Shown here in pieces: positions 1-7,891 of a DNA stretch of 32,000 nucleotides. Source of the DNA: Halomicronema hongdechloris C2206 (lineage in GTDB: Bacteria; Cyanobacteriota; Cyanobacteriia; Phormidesmidales; Phormidesmidaceae); assembly GCF_002075285.3 (NCBI RefSeq), contig NZ_CP021983.2, positions 2,340,001 to 2,372,000 on the forward strand. Reading direction: 5' to 3'. The first letter of the stretch is position 1, and every line of letters begins with the position of its first letter. The notes beneath the pieces were generated by a model that was given only the letters and a program-made list of their open reading frames with translations, had not been told where the DNA came from and did no database searches. Made by a program: the position numbers and the translations under genes.

Positions 1-388
1 GGGGCGACTGCCGCCAGAACAGCACCGTACAGATCACCATGACGACGCCGTAATAGAGCGGCCCCCGCAGAATTTCCTGCGGCTGATTATTGCGGGTCAT
101 GGACTGCACCGCCGCCGCATCGACCAGCCAGCCCAGGCCAATGGCCAGAAACTTAGCCGTAAAAGTCAACGGCACCAAGGCAGCCCAATAGCGCGCCCCC
201 CCCTGATCACTAAAGAGGGGCCAGCAGAGGATGAACAAGGGGCCGGTGCCGATGTGAATCAGCTTGCGGCTCAGGGTCTGCTGGAGCAGGCCCCGATACG
301 CCAAGCCATCCATCAGCTTCAGCCAACTCAGGGCCAGGACAAAGGTCACCAGAGTAGCCAGCCCATCCTGCAGCAGGGGATTGGCCAT
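1..388 (-). CDS. Partial CDS (3' end outside window): polytopic membrane protein of the phytol/dolichol kinase (VTE5-like, CTP-dependent) family
   Basis: Minus-strand frame open from ATG at 386-388 to the window edge. Translation is MANPLLQDGLATLVTFVLALSWLKLMDGLAYRGLLQQTLSRKLIHIGTGPLFILCWPLF..., hydrophobic, with a KLIHIGTGPLF motif I associate with phytol kinase-like proteins. It is absent from the ORF track because no stop lies in the window. Confidence 0.45.
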   Translation of the reverse strand, partial: MANPLLQDGLATLVTFVLALSWLKLMDGLAYRGLLQQTLSRKLIHIGTGPLFILCWPLFSDQGGARYWAALVPLTFTAKFLAIGLGWLVDAAAVQSMTRNNQPQEILRGPLYYGVVMVICTVLFWRQSP

Positions 389-390
389 GG

Positions 391-765
391 TTAGGCAGCG
401 GCTTGCTGCTGGGCCAGGGTGCGCTCGCGCATGAACAGAAACAGACAGAGGCCGACGGCAAAGGAAATGGCAAACATCAGCACGATATAAAGGCCCCAAA
501 CCTTCATCTGCAGCCGCCGGCCCTCCGCCACGATCAGGGTGATGCTGGCCAATAAGCCCATCAACACATCAATGCCGACGAAGCTGGACGCAGCATTGGC
601 AAAGGCCTGCTGGCTGAAGACGGCCATATCAAATTGCCCTAAGTTGGCCAGGGAAAAGTCACCGGTGGTGGCGATGATGAACTGCACCAGGTAATAGTTT
701 GTCCAGACGAAGCCGATGATCGTCAGGGCGGCATAGATGGCTTGCCGCAGGCGACTCCAGAACAT
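391..765 (-). CDS. Small integral membrane protein (about 4 TM segments; DUF2834-like by recollection)
   Basis: 124-aa ORF with hydrophobic segments and GC-rich codon usage like the core genome. Its stop lies 3 nt from the start of the downstream kinase-like gene, an operon-like arrangement. Confidence 0.6.
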   Translation of the reverse strand: MFWSRLRQAIYAALTIIGFVWTNYYLVQFIIATTGDFSLANLGQFDMAVFSQQAFANAASSFVGIDVLMGLLASITLIVAEGRRLQMKVWGLYIVLMFAISFAVGLCLFLFMRERTLAQQQAAA

Positions 766-1025
766 AGTGGTTGCTAGGTATTCGTAATGTTATGGGTTGC
801 TCCTATCATAGGCGAGCATGGGCAGTGATTCATGGGATGGCCCGGTAGGGATCCATGCTAGGCAGTGGCGAGGGCAGTGCTTCAACCTCTGAGCTCGCTT
901 ACCCAATACAAACTCAAGACACGACGATTTCTTTCCGAGAGGGTGATGCCAATGGGAGTGGGGGTGCAACCCTGAGCTCGAGCATAGGGTCATGCAATTC
1001 AGGCATTCTTGGCATGATGCGATCG

Positions 1026-1073
1026 CAAATTACACCGCATACAAATTACACCGCATACAAACTACACCGCAAA
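1026..1073. repeat. 16-bp direct tandem repeat x3 (CAAATTACACCGCATA, third copy CAAACTACACCGCAAA)
   Basis: Read directly: copies at 1026-1041, 1042-1057 and 1058-1073. A HIP1 site (GCGATCGC, 1019-1026) abuts the first copy. The third copy supplies the last codons and stop of the 1062-1619 ORF. Confidence 0.9.
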
Positions 1074-1619
1074 GGTCAAGGGCGCATAGCCCATGATTGC
1101 ATCTAAATCAGGGCACCAGATCATCACCGACAGGTACTGACGAATCTCCACCGACTCAGGGATTGGGTATCGCTGCATCCCCGCTGAGGCATGCAACTCT
1201 CCCAGGACAACAGAGTCATCTAAGGGAGGGTGCTCGCCCCTTGGGACCGCAGCCCTATCTAAAATCAGCATCAGGCTCGGGGTTTGGCTCGGCATGGTAA
1301 AGGGCTGATAGAGCTCTAGAAATAGCTGTCCCTTCTCGGTAACGATGCGAGCCTGGGGATAGGAAGTCGATGCCCTCGACATCACGGTGTAGGCAACCCC
1401 TAAGCGGTCAACCGGGTCCTGAATCAGCCGTTGCCCAGATGTCGCCATCGATCGAAACCGCTGCACCGACATCGACGACATCCTTGCTGGACCCAACAGA
1501 CTATTGACCAAGACCAACACCGGAGTCACACCAGCAATCAAGCCGTAAGCAACCAAATGGGTTCTGGACATAGGGGGGCTCCTGCTGTCAATCATCTGAG
1601 CCCATCTTTGCCAACCCAC
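1062..1619 (-). CDS. DM13-domain-like protein with N-terminal membrane anchor or signal
   Basis: 185-aa ORF. The true start is probably the internal MSRTHLVAYGLIAGVTPVLVLV (about 1571). The C-terminal pattern ...VMIWCPDLDAIMGYAPL resembles the conserved end of DM13 domains, recalled from memory only. Confidence 0.5.
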   Translation of the reverse strand: MGWQRWAQMIDSRSPPMSRTHLVAYGLIAGVTPVLVLVNSLLGPARMSSMSVQRFRSMATSGQRLIQDPVDRLGVAYTVMSRASTSYPQARIVTEKGQLFLELYQPFTMPSQTPSLMLILDRAAVPRGEHPPLDDSVVLGELHASAGMQRYPIPESVEIRQYLSVMIWCPDLDAIMGYAPLTFAV

Positions 1620-2019
1620 CTGATCGGGCCATGATGCCCAGTTGAGAGTTAATTTGCTGAATTCTCAGGAAATGCCAGTGGGTATTCTCAGACAGCTCTC
1701 AGCTGAGAGAGTTGGTGAGGGATTGTGCTAGCTGTATCGGCTCATAAGTCGCCCTCAGTGCAATCCTCAAATAATCAAGCAAACATTAAGCAACTTCATC
1801 TAGCTCAGGAACATGCTGAGCCTCGTAGTTATTAATCTCTCCAATGTTCTGTTGCCCTTGAGAAAATCTCATCTAAAGATTGGTCCTGATAAAGTTGACG
1901 AGAGATTTCGACGTAATCAGTGGGACTTTGATGAATCAGTGCTAGAAAACGCAGAGCTAGAGCCCAGACTATCCAAAGGGTCAGGGAACCTGCCCCCTAC
2001 AGCATCTGAAATCTGGTAA

Positions 2020-2038
2020 GGGCGCGGTTTCCGCGCCC
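2020..2038. terminator. GC-rich hairpin between convergent regions (possible terminator)
   Basis: GGGCGCGG-TTT-CCGCGCCC is a perfect 8-bp stem with a 3-nt loop, 20 nt from the hicB stop. No clean U-tract on either strand, so the function is uncertain. Confidence 0.3.
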
Positions 2039-2058
2039 AATGCAGAATCTTTTGTCAG

Positions 2059-2277
2059 TCAACCAGCCTGAAGGGTATCGGGTTTAGGAATGGGCTGTCC
2101 CTCCTGCTGCCAAGCCTCTAGATACATCTCGATAACGTCTTCCCCCTGGCGAATGGCCTCTGCACGGGTTTCGCCAGGGGTGCAGGGCATGATGCCCCTA
2201 TCAGCAAATTCGGGAATGGTGACCAAGAAAAGCTGATCTTCGTCTGACCATTGAATAACCATGCTGTATTGACTCAT
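2059..2277 (-). CDS. hicB: HicB-family antitoxin
   Basis: 72-aa ORF MSQYSMVIQWSDEDQLFLVTIPEFADRGIMPCTPGETRAEAIRQGEDVIEMYLEAWQQEGQPIP, a typical short HicB (RNase H-like fold) sequence. Its start overlaps the stop of the upstream hicA-like frame (ATGA overlap at 2274-2277). Confidence 0.8.
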   Translation of the reverse strand: MSQYSMVIQWSDEDQLFLVTIPEFADRGIMPCTPGETRAEAIRQGEDVIEMYLEAWQQEGQPIPKPDTLQAG

Positions 2278-2498
2278 GAGTTTTCCTCCTTCTCAAGAGC
2301 TTCTAATTCGGCTAATAGTTGTGCCACCTGCTTTTCTAAATAGCGTGGAACATCATCACCGTCTTTGCCAGGAATTGTGAGTGTTTTGGGTAAGCGCGGA
2401 TGCTTCCACCGCTCATGGCTGCCCTTACCTCTCTTTGGCAAATAGACAAATTCTTCTTACTTGAGTTGAGATTTTAGCTCCCGAATCTTTCTTGGCAT
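2274..2498 (-). pseudogene. hicA: hicA toxin gene with an in-frame nonsense codon at codon 14
   Basis: Own translation of the minus strand: MPRKIRELKSQLK*EEFVYLPKRGKGSHERWKHPRLPKTLTIPGKDGDDVPRYLEKQVAQLLAELEALEKEENS*. The GKGSHERW(K)HP motif is typical of HicA. TAA sits at 2457-2459 (plus-strand tta). Confidence 0.75.
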
Positions 2499-2546
2499 AT
2501 GATTTTCTTGGTTTTTATACTTTTCGACCTTTTTCACTCACCATAG

Positions 2547-2957
2547 TTAACCTTCCATTTTGAATTCTGTAGGGTTGTGCCCTTCCCGCAGGGTATTTTG
2601 CATTTTTAATTTCTCTAGCTGCTCCTGTGCCCATTGTCGTAGTTGTTCATTAGGATCATTGACTGCACGATCACCTAATAAGTTTAGAACCTTCAACCGG
2701 CTTGGATATGCACCTAAAAAATCTAGCAACATTTCCATTGATATACTTCTCACACGCCAGTCTGGATCTTGAAGCACACTTTTCTCTAAGTCGAGTAAAA
2801 CATCTTCGCGATCTTTCCATTCTTTCACCAGGGCTTGAATTGCACCTAAGCGTTCTGGCCAGTCCTTAGATTCTAAAAGAGACCTAATCCATAGATAAAT
2901 CTCTGGGAAATGCTTATGGGCACCTCGAAAAATAGCCAGAGCGATCTCAGTATGAGA
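2547..2957 (-). pseudogene. 3' fragment of a HEAT-repeat region, probably the C-terminal end of the NACHT-HEAT gene cut off by the IS
   Basis: The minus frame is open from the IS junction (stop at 2958-2960) to 2547: ..TEIALAIFRGAHKHFPEIYLWIRSLLESKDWPERLGAIQALVKEWKDREDVLLDLEKSVLQDPDWRVRS... The repeated 'A(I/V)QAL..W(K)D..' units match the repeat style of the 4083-4685 segment. No start codon of its own, and low GC. Confidence 0.65.
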
Positions 2958-4092
2958 TCATAAGGTCGGTTTTGTTGAAGCACGCAGGCCATGGGACAGC
3001 AGGGATTCTGGGATATCGAAGAGCGCCAGCAAAAACTGGAGCAAAAGAAGGCGGTACTGAATCGGTTGAATCAACTGGTGCCGTGGGAGACCTTTCGTCC
3101 GATTCTGATGCAGATTCGAGAGAAACCGCGCAAAAGCCAGGCCGGTCGTAACCCCACCGATGTCCTGTTACTCTTCAAGATGCTGGTGCTGCAAAAGCTA
3201 TACAACATCAGCGATGACGAACTGGAATATCAGGTCAACGACCGACTGTCCTTCATGCAATTTCTCGGTTTGGGGCTTGAGGATAGAGTCCCGGATGCAA
3301 CGACGGTGTGGCTCTTCCGAGAACAGTTGCAGCAGCACGGCTTGGTGGAGGCGTTGTTCGAGCAGTTTGGAGCCTATCTGCAAGGGGCAGGCTATGCCGC
3401 CAAGGATGGGCAAATTGTGGATGCGACCTTGATTCCAGTTCCCAAACAACGCAACACCCGTGAGGAGAACCAAACCCTCAAGCAGGGTGAGGTTCCCGTT
3501 GAGTGGCAAGAGACCCCTCATCAGCTCGCGCAAAAAGATGTTGACGCCCGATGGACGAAGAAAAATGGAACGTCCCACTACGGCTACAAAAACCACATCA
3601 ATAGTGATGCCGGCTTTAAGCTCATTCGCCGTTACAGCGTCACCGATGCGTCGGTCCATGACTCGCAGGTCTTGGGCGAGTTGCTCGATGCGGATAATAG
3701 CGGCGATGGACTTTGGGCCGATAGTGCGTATCTCTCCGTGCTGATTGTCGAGGTGCTGAAATTGATAGGGTTTGAGCCGCATATAAATGAACGGGCCTAT
3801 CGCAATCGCCCCTTAAGCGAGGCCCAGAAAACCGCGAATCGAGAGCGCTCCAAAACCCGTGCCAGAGTGGAGCACATCTTCGGAGATGTCGTCACCAGCA
3901 TGGGTGGCAAGGTGGTGCGCAGCATCGGGTTAGCCCGTGCCCAGACCCAGCTAGGTCTGAAAAATCTGGTGTATAACCTGAAGCGGTTTGTGTGTCTCGA
4001 AACCCAACGTGCTGCATCGGCTGAACTGGCAAGATAATCGGACCTAAAGCCGGGAAATCGACTTAAACGTGGTCTTCCAACCCTATTTTTTT
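2927..4092 (+). mobile_element. IS5-family insertion sequence (termini only approximate)
   Basis: A single DDE transposase ORF sits between two AT-rich fragments of one interrupted gene, and the IS body is clearly more GC-rich than those flanks. Candidate ends are GGTCGG (2964) / CCAACC (4082). An 8-nt inverted match AAAAATAG / CTATTTTT lies at 2928-2935 / 4083-4090. TATGAGATCAT at 2951-2961, 40 nt before the ATG, resembles a subterminal motif I recall from E. coli IS5. No clean target-site duplication found. Confidence 0.75.
2991..4037 (+). CDS. IS5-family (IS5 group) DDE transposase
   Basis: 348-aa ORF. The N-terminal region ...LVPWETFRPIL...AGRNPTDVLLLFKMLVLQKLYNISDDELEYQVNDRLSFMQFLGL...PDATTVWLFREQL and the segments ..DATLI.., ..ADSAY.., ..RARVEHIFG.. 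align by eye with E. coli IS5 InsH-type transposases. Confidence 0.9.
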   Translation: MGQQGFWDIEERQQKLEQKKAVLNRLNQLVPWETFRPILMQIREKPRKSQAGRNPTDVLLLFKMLVLQKLYNISDDELEYQVNDRLSFMQFLGLGLEDRVPDATTVWLFREQLQQHGLVEALFEQFGAYLQGAGYAAKDGQIVDATLIPVPKQRNTREENQTLKQGEVPVEWQETPHQLAQKDVDARWTKKNGTSHYGYKNHINSDAGFKLIRRYSVTDASVHDSQVLGELLDADNSGDGLWADSAYLSVLIVEVLKLIGFEPHINERAYRNRPLSEAQKTANRERSKTRARVEHIFGDVVTSMGGKVVRSIGLARAQTQLGLKNLVYNLKRFVCLETQRAASAELAR

Positions 4093-6613
4093 GTCAAAAT
4101 GGGAAGCTTTTTTCGGTGGAATGTCTCGGACTCTCTTTGAGTCACCTTGACGGTCTCAAATGAGACGCCATTAGCTAAAGAAAACTGATTAATCGAGGTC
4201 CCCTTATATTTGTTTCCAATTTCTGTTATTGAGATGATTCTCGAAACTGGGTTTGAGTTAACGTTGACGGCAATTTCTTTAAGCCAACCTAGAATTTCTG
4301 GGGTATTCGTCCAGTGCTTTGAAAAAACTAAAATTGCACAGTAAGGTATACAAGAATCATTTGAGTGTGACAGTGATTTTAGCCAATTCAATTTCTTCGA
4401 GGTGCTGCCCCATGCTCTAACAACTGCATCAATTAATTTTAGAGCAGAGTCTTCATTTAGATAAAAACCGGATTTGATTTCTGACTCCACTTCATCTTGA
4501 ATTATTTTGAGTAGTATATCGCTAATATTTGTGATAATTTCATGGATTTTAATTGATTCAAAGAGCGCAATTAAAAATAATATATGACCTAATCTTTCTC
4601 TGCCAACAAAACGAGCTTCCTCCGGAAGGAAATCTAAGTCATATTTTTTCATTTGATACTGACCCCAGTCAATTTCCTTATGCATTAGCCATTCAAGTAG
4701 TCGACTTGAATACTTAGGAGCTATCTCTCTGTAAATAAGTTTTAAGACTTCGTGCCAGGTTTCGTCTTGCCAGTGCTGGCCAAAGACCTCATCGCGGAGT
4801 TTTTCGAAGCTGAGGGTGCGTTGTTTTTCGAAGCGGTGGACGATTTCGACGGCGCAGAAGTATTCCAGGAAGGTCGGTGCATGAAGCCGTAGGTGTCAGC
4901 GCCGCGATAGCAGAGGATGAAGTTGCGTTCCCGCAATTGCTGAATCAGCACATTGGCCTTTTCGCGGGGGTCGCTGAAGCCCTGGTCACGCAGGTAATCG
5001 GTCACAATGCGGATGAGGCGCAGCATTTCTTGTTTTTCCCGCCGTGCGATCGCATCCATCGGCAAATTCAACCGCTTGTGATCCACATCCCAGTGATACA
5101 GCAGCACTCGGGATGCCTGGTCATAGAGGTCGGCTCTGTCGCGGGGCAATTCCTGGCGTCGGTTCAGGATGGCCATCATGGTCAGCAGCAGAGGATTGTC
5201 GGCCAGGTTTTGGATGGCTTTGGAATTGGCAACGGCATCCTTCAATCTCTGTTTCAGCCGCCCCTTGTCTGGATCGCTGCCCATTGAGAGGTCATACCAG
5301 CGGTCGATGAACTCGTGGATTTCCGTCTCATCTAGCGCTTGAATCGTGAATTGGCGGAACCCAGCGTGCTGGAAGCGTTCCGGGTTATAGCCGATGATGC
5401 GGGAGGTGACCAAAACCCGCGCTAAGGGATATTGCTGGGCAAAGCGGATGATGTCGTCGATGACGGCGGCTTGGGTAGGGCGATCGAATACTTCGTCCAG
5501 ACCGTCGAACATGACCAGGGCAGGATTCTCCAGCAAGTGCTGATGGAGGTGCTGCTGGTCAAATTGCCAGTCTGCACCGCTGCCGCAGTGGAGAAAGTCT
5601 AAGAAGTTAGTAGCCTGGGCTAGGACATATTCCCGCAGCTCGATCAGCAGCGGTAACACCTCGGTTTTGCCTTCCACCCAGTCCAGAGCCAGAAACTGTA
5701 GCAATGTGGACTTGCCGGAACCCGGATCGCCCAGGATGACCGCATGCTGAGAGTCGGCGACTGCTGCCAATACCTTGCGGGCAGGTTGCTGAAAATACTC
5801 GCGGCGATACAGGTCTAACGCTTCGGCAGATAAGTCGGCTTCAAGGTGGCCGTCTTGTTGCAGTTGACGCTTCAAGTCCAGGGGCAGGTCGTAGCGAATC
5901 GGGGGCAGAGCTGCGCGCACGGTTTGTTCAATGAACAGGCGCCAGAGGTGAATGGTATCGGCCTGATAGGTACTGTCGAGGGTGTAGAGCTTCAAGTAGC
6001 CATAGCTGGTCTGCAAGCTGTGGCGATACTTAGCCACATCAAAGCCCGGTGAGAGTCGGGCCGTATTGTCAGCAATTTCCTGCAGCAGATCAGCCTCTAG
6101 GATGGCCCGCAACTCGGTATCGGCCTTGACGATGCCTTTCACCTGAATCACATATTCCTTAGCGACTCCGCGCCAGTCGAAATCCTCGGCGGGAAACTGC
6201 CAGCCGGTTACCTGGTAGCGCTCTATCCAAATACGCTCCAGTTGGGTGTGATCAATCCTTTTGCGGCCAGTCTCAAAGGCTTGGCCGAGACTGGTACAGA
6301 CCGCCGGGTCCCGCACAAATCGTTTTAGGACCGCCTGGTAATGGTGGCGGATGCTGGTGTCGGGCACCTCGTTGAACTGCAGTTCCTTGATAAATCGCTG
6401 CAGGAAAAAGCCGACAGCCTCGGCCATGGGTCGCTTCAGAGTCTCTGCCTGCAGCCGAGCCACGCCGCTATCTAGGCAGTCTCTAAAAAAGTCCTGCACG
6501 TAGCCTTCCAGGACGGGTTTGGCGAGGTCGAGCACCTGACTCAGCACGACTTTGCTAAGCTCAAGGCCGGTGGGGATGGCTAAGAGTTCCAACATGCCAG
6601 CGGTTGGGAGCAA
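4083..6613 (-). pseudogene. NACHT-family STAND NTPase with C-terminal HEAT-like repeats; frameshifted near 4875 and truncated by the IS
   Basis: Walker A GDPGSGKST, Walker B-like VMFDGLDEV, then ..TSRIIGY.. The ORF track frame ends in nonsense after GFMHR. Shifting by one base gives FMHR(T)FLEYFCAVEIVHRFEKQRTLSFEKLRDEVFGQHWQDETWHEVLKLIYREIAPKYSSRLLEWLMHKEIDW, which runs without a stop into the 4083-4685 ORF. Confidence 0.85.
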
Positions 6614-6904
6614 TGGATGGTTGTGTTCACTATGGCATTCCTGTTACCGGAGCGGCTAATCGCCGTATCGGCATGACGATCAATGGTTACCGAGATTAGG
6701 CGTCGTAGACGAGATCCCCGTGACTGCTGACAGGTGAGCCTGAAACTTGATTGATCTCGCTGTAGCCATCTCTGCTAAGGCGTTACTGAGTCAAGCGTGC
6801 TGGTTGCCCCTCGAGGGCACTCCCCATGCAGCCATGACCACAGTCGCAGCGTAAACAGATAGACCTGAGACTCATAGGATCGCGACGATCGCTTTCTGAT
6901 TTGG

Positions 6905-7262
6905 CGAAAAACGTTTAGATTTATAAGTATACTTAAGTGTTTACGACTAATGCTTAAATGTTACTTATACTTACTCAAGTATTTGGCCAATTGCTTAAGC
7001 ATTTGCCCATTTTGAGTCAGCCGCCAGGGAAACCCCCTAAGGATTTGGCTGATTTTTGACTGATTGATTAGTGGTGCTTAAGTTTCAACACTAACATATA
7101 AGCATTTGTCGAAAATGCTTAAGCGTTAAGAGCAAATGCTTAAGCGTTAAGGGCAAACGCTTAAGTTTTTGGAGCCAACTCTTAAGTTTTTGGAGCCAAC
7201 CCTTAAGTTTTAGGGCTAACGTTTGTTGGTTTGGGCCTGACGCTTCAGTCTCAGGAGCAAAT
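6905..7262. repeat. Degenerate tandem array, about 17 units of 21 bp, each centred on CTTAAG (best units GCTTAAGCGTTAAG and CTTAAGTTTTTGGAGCC)
   Basis: CTTAAG or one-mismatch variants start at 6932, 6953, 6974, 6994, 7036, 7077, 7097, 7118, 7139, 7160, 7181, 7202 and 7243. All spacings are 20-21 bp or multiples of that. Near-identical neighbouring units lie at 7112-7222. No frame has both a start and an open reading frame. Confidence 0.9.
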
Positions 7263-7354
7263 CACCGTAAATTTCGGTAGATGGCTACATCAGACGGCTA
7301 AAAGTTCCGAAAAGAAGTTCACAGCACTTGGTCTAGTGTTTCACGTCATTTGAT

Positions 7355-7507
7355 TCATGGGGCGATCAACCCTATCCTCAGCCGCGCCCCATTGGGGTAG
7401 CGACGAATCCACTGTACGTAGGTTTGCTCCGTCCGGTAAGAATAATGCTTCAGTCGAATTGCTTCGCGCACCTGGTCTAGCAGCTTTTTAGGGCGAGGGG
7501 GTTCCAT
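7355..7507 (-). pseudogene. intI: 5' remnant of an integron-type tyrosine recombinase gene (intI-like, N-terminal SAM-like domain only)
   Basis: Own translation: MEPPRPKKLLDQVREAIRLKHYSYRTEQTYVQWIRRY then PNGARLRIGLIAP*. The first 37 aa or so match the N-terminus I recall for cyanobacterial integron integrases (..LLDQVR.AIRLKHYS.RTEQ.Y..WI.R(F/Y)ILFH..). Similarity is lost after about 7395 and no catalytic domain follows. Confidence 0.65.
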
Positions 7508-7568
7508 GACGACTCAACATGCAAGTATCAAATACAACATTAATATACATATGTACTGACACTCCGAA

Positions 7569-7596
7569 GCGGAAGATATGCGGAAGATATACGGAT
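7569..7596 (+). repeat. 11-bp tandem repeat GCGGAAGATAT x2.5; a further copy ACGGAAGATTAT lies at 7673-7684
   Basis: Read directly in the divergent intergenic region between the intI remnant and the first cassette. Confidence 0.85.
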
Positions 7597-7600
7597 CCTT

Positions 7601-7746
7601 GCTGCCTATCTACCCTGCAGAAGGCTATTATGCAGACTGTTCGCTGCCTATCTACCCTCAGAGGGTGATTAGACGGAAGATTATCTGCCTATTCACCTGG
7701 AAGGGGGTATATAGGCAGATTGGATCGATCCAATAAGTTGTTAGGC
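7601..7746 (+). promoter_or_regulatory. attI-like region: three direct repeats at 42-bp spacing, a 9-bp inverted repeat and a terminal GTTAGGC core site
   Basis: GCTGCCTATCTACCCT occurs at 7601-7616 and 7643-7658, with the variant TCTGCCTATTCACCT at 7684-7698. TCTGCCTAT (7684-7692) is inverted as ATAGGCAGA (7711-7719). GTTAGGC at 7740-7746 fits GTTRRRY exactly and is preceded by CAATAAGTT. Confidence 0.55.
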
Positions 7747-7891
7747 GGCTAAATTTCCCTATTGGGAACGGCAGTCTTTCTCACGGTTCAGGCATTAATC
7801 GGCATCAAGATTTCCAGCCTACAGCTAGGGTTAAACGCGCCGCTGCAAGTGAGTGGAGCTAAGATTGAGAAGCAAGTAACTTGCCAGGACT

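Noticed and set aside
1813-2019. 68-aa + strand ORF, and a roughly 50-codon minus-strand frame (LWIVWALALRFLALIH..YVEISRQLYQDQSLDEIF..), in the gap between the DM13-like gene and hicB
   Set aside because: No recognisable family and no RBS. The minus frame lacks a standard start. The region may be an island boundary rather than coding.
3198-3782. 194-aa antisense ORF inside the transposase gene, and similar long shadow ORFs (4877-5287, 9590-10243, 15621-16208, 12533-13455 set, 23787-24110, 27119-27382)
   Set aside because: Each fully overlaps a much better supported gene on the other strand or frame. Their sequences are low-complexity or Arg/Pro/Gly-biased, as is typical of out-of-frame translation of GC-rich genes.
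2927-4092. Exact IS termini and target-site duplication
   Set aside because: Candidate terminal inverted repeats match only over 6-9 nt, and no 4-bp YTAR-type direct repeat flanks any candidate boundary. The ends are therefore reported as approximate, and an adjacent deletion is suspected rather than asserted.
6905-7262. The 21-bp array as a CRISPR array or as a coding heptad (7-codon) repeat
   Set aside because: Units are directly adjacent with no unique spacers, so it is not CRISPR. The + frames contain TAA inside CGTTAAG. The only long open minus frame (..LKLKGWLQKLKSWLQKLKRLPLTLKHLLLTLKH..) begins right after a stop, and its only ATG lies five codons from the end.
7510-7565. Possible LexA/SOS box in the intI-cassette divergent promoter region (ACATATGT palindrome, ATGTACTGACACTC)
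   Set aside because: It matches neither the CTGT-N8-ACAG box nor the cyanobacterial RGTAC-N3-DGTWCB box well enough. AT-rich palindromes are expected by chance in such a region.
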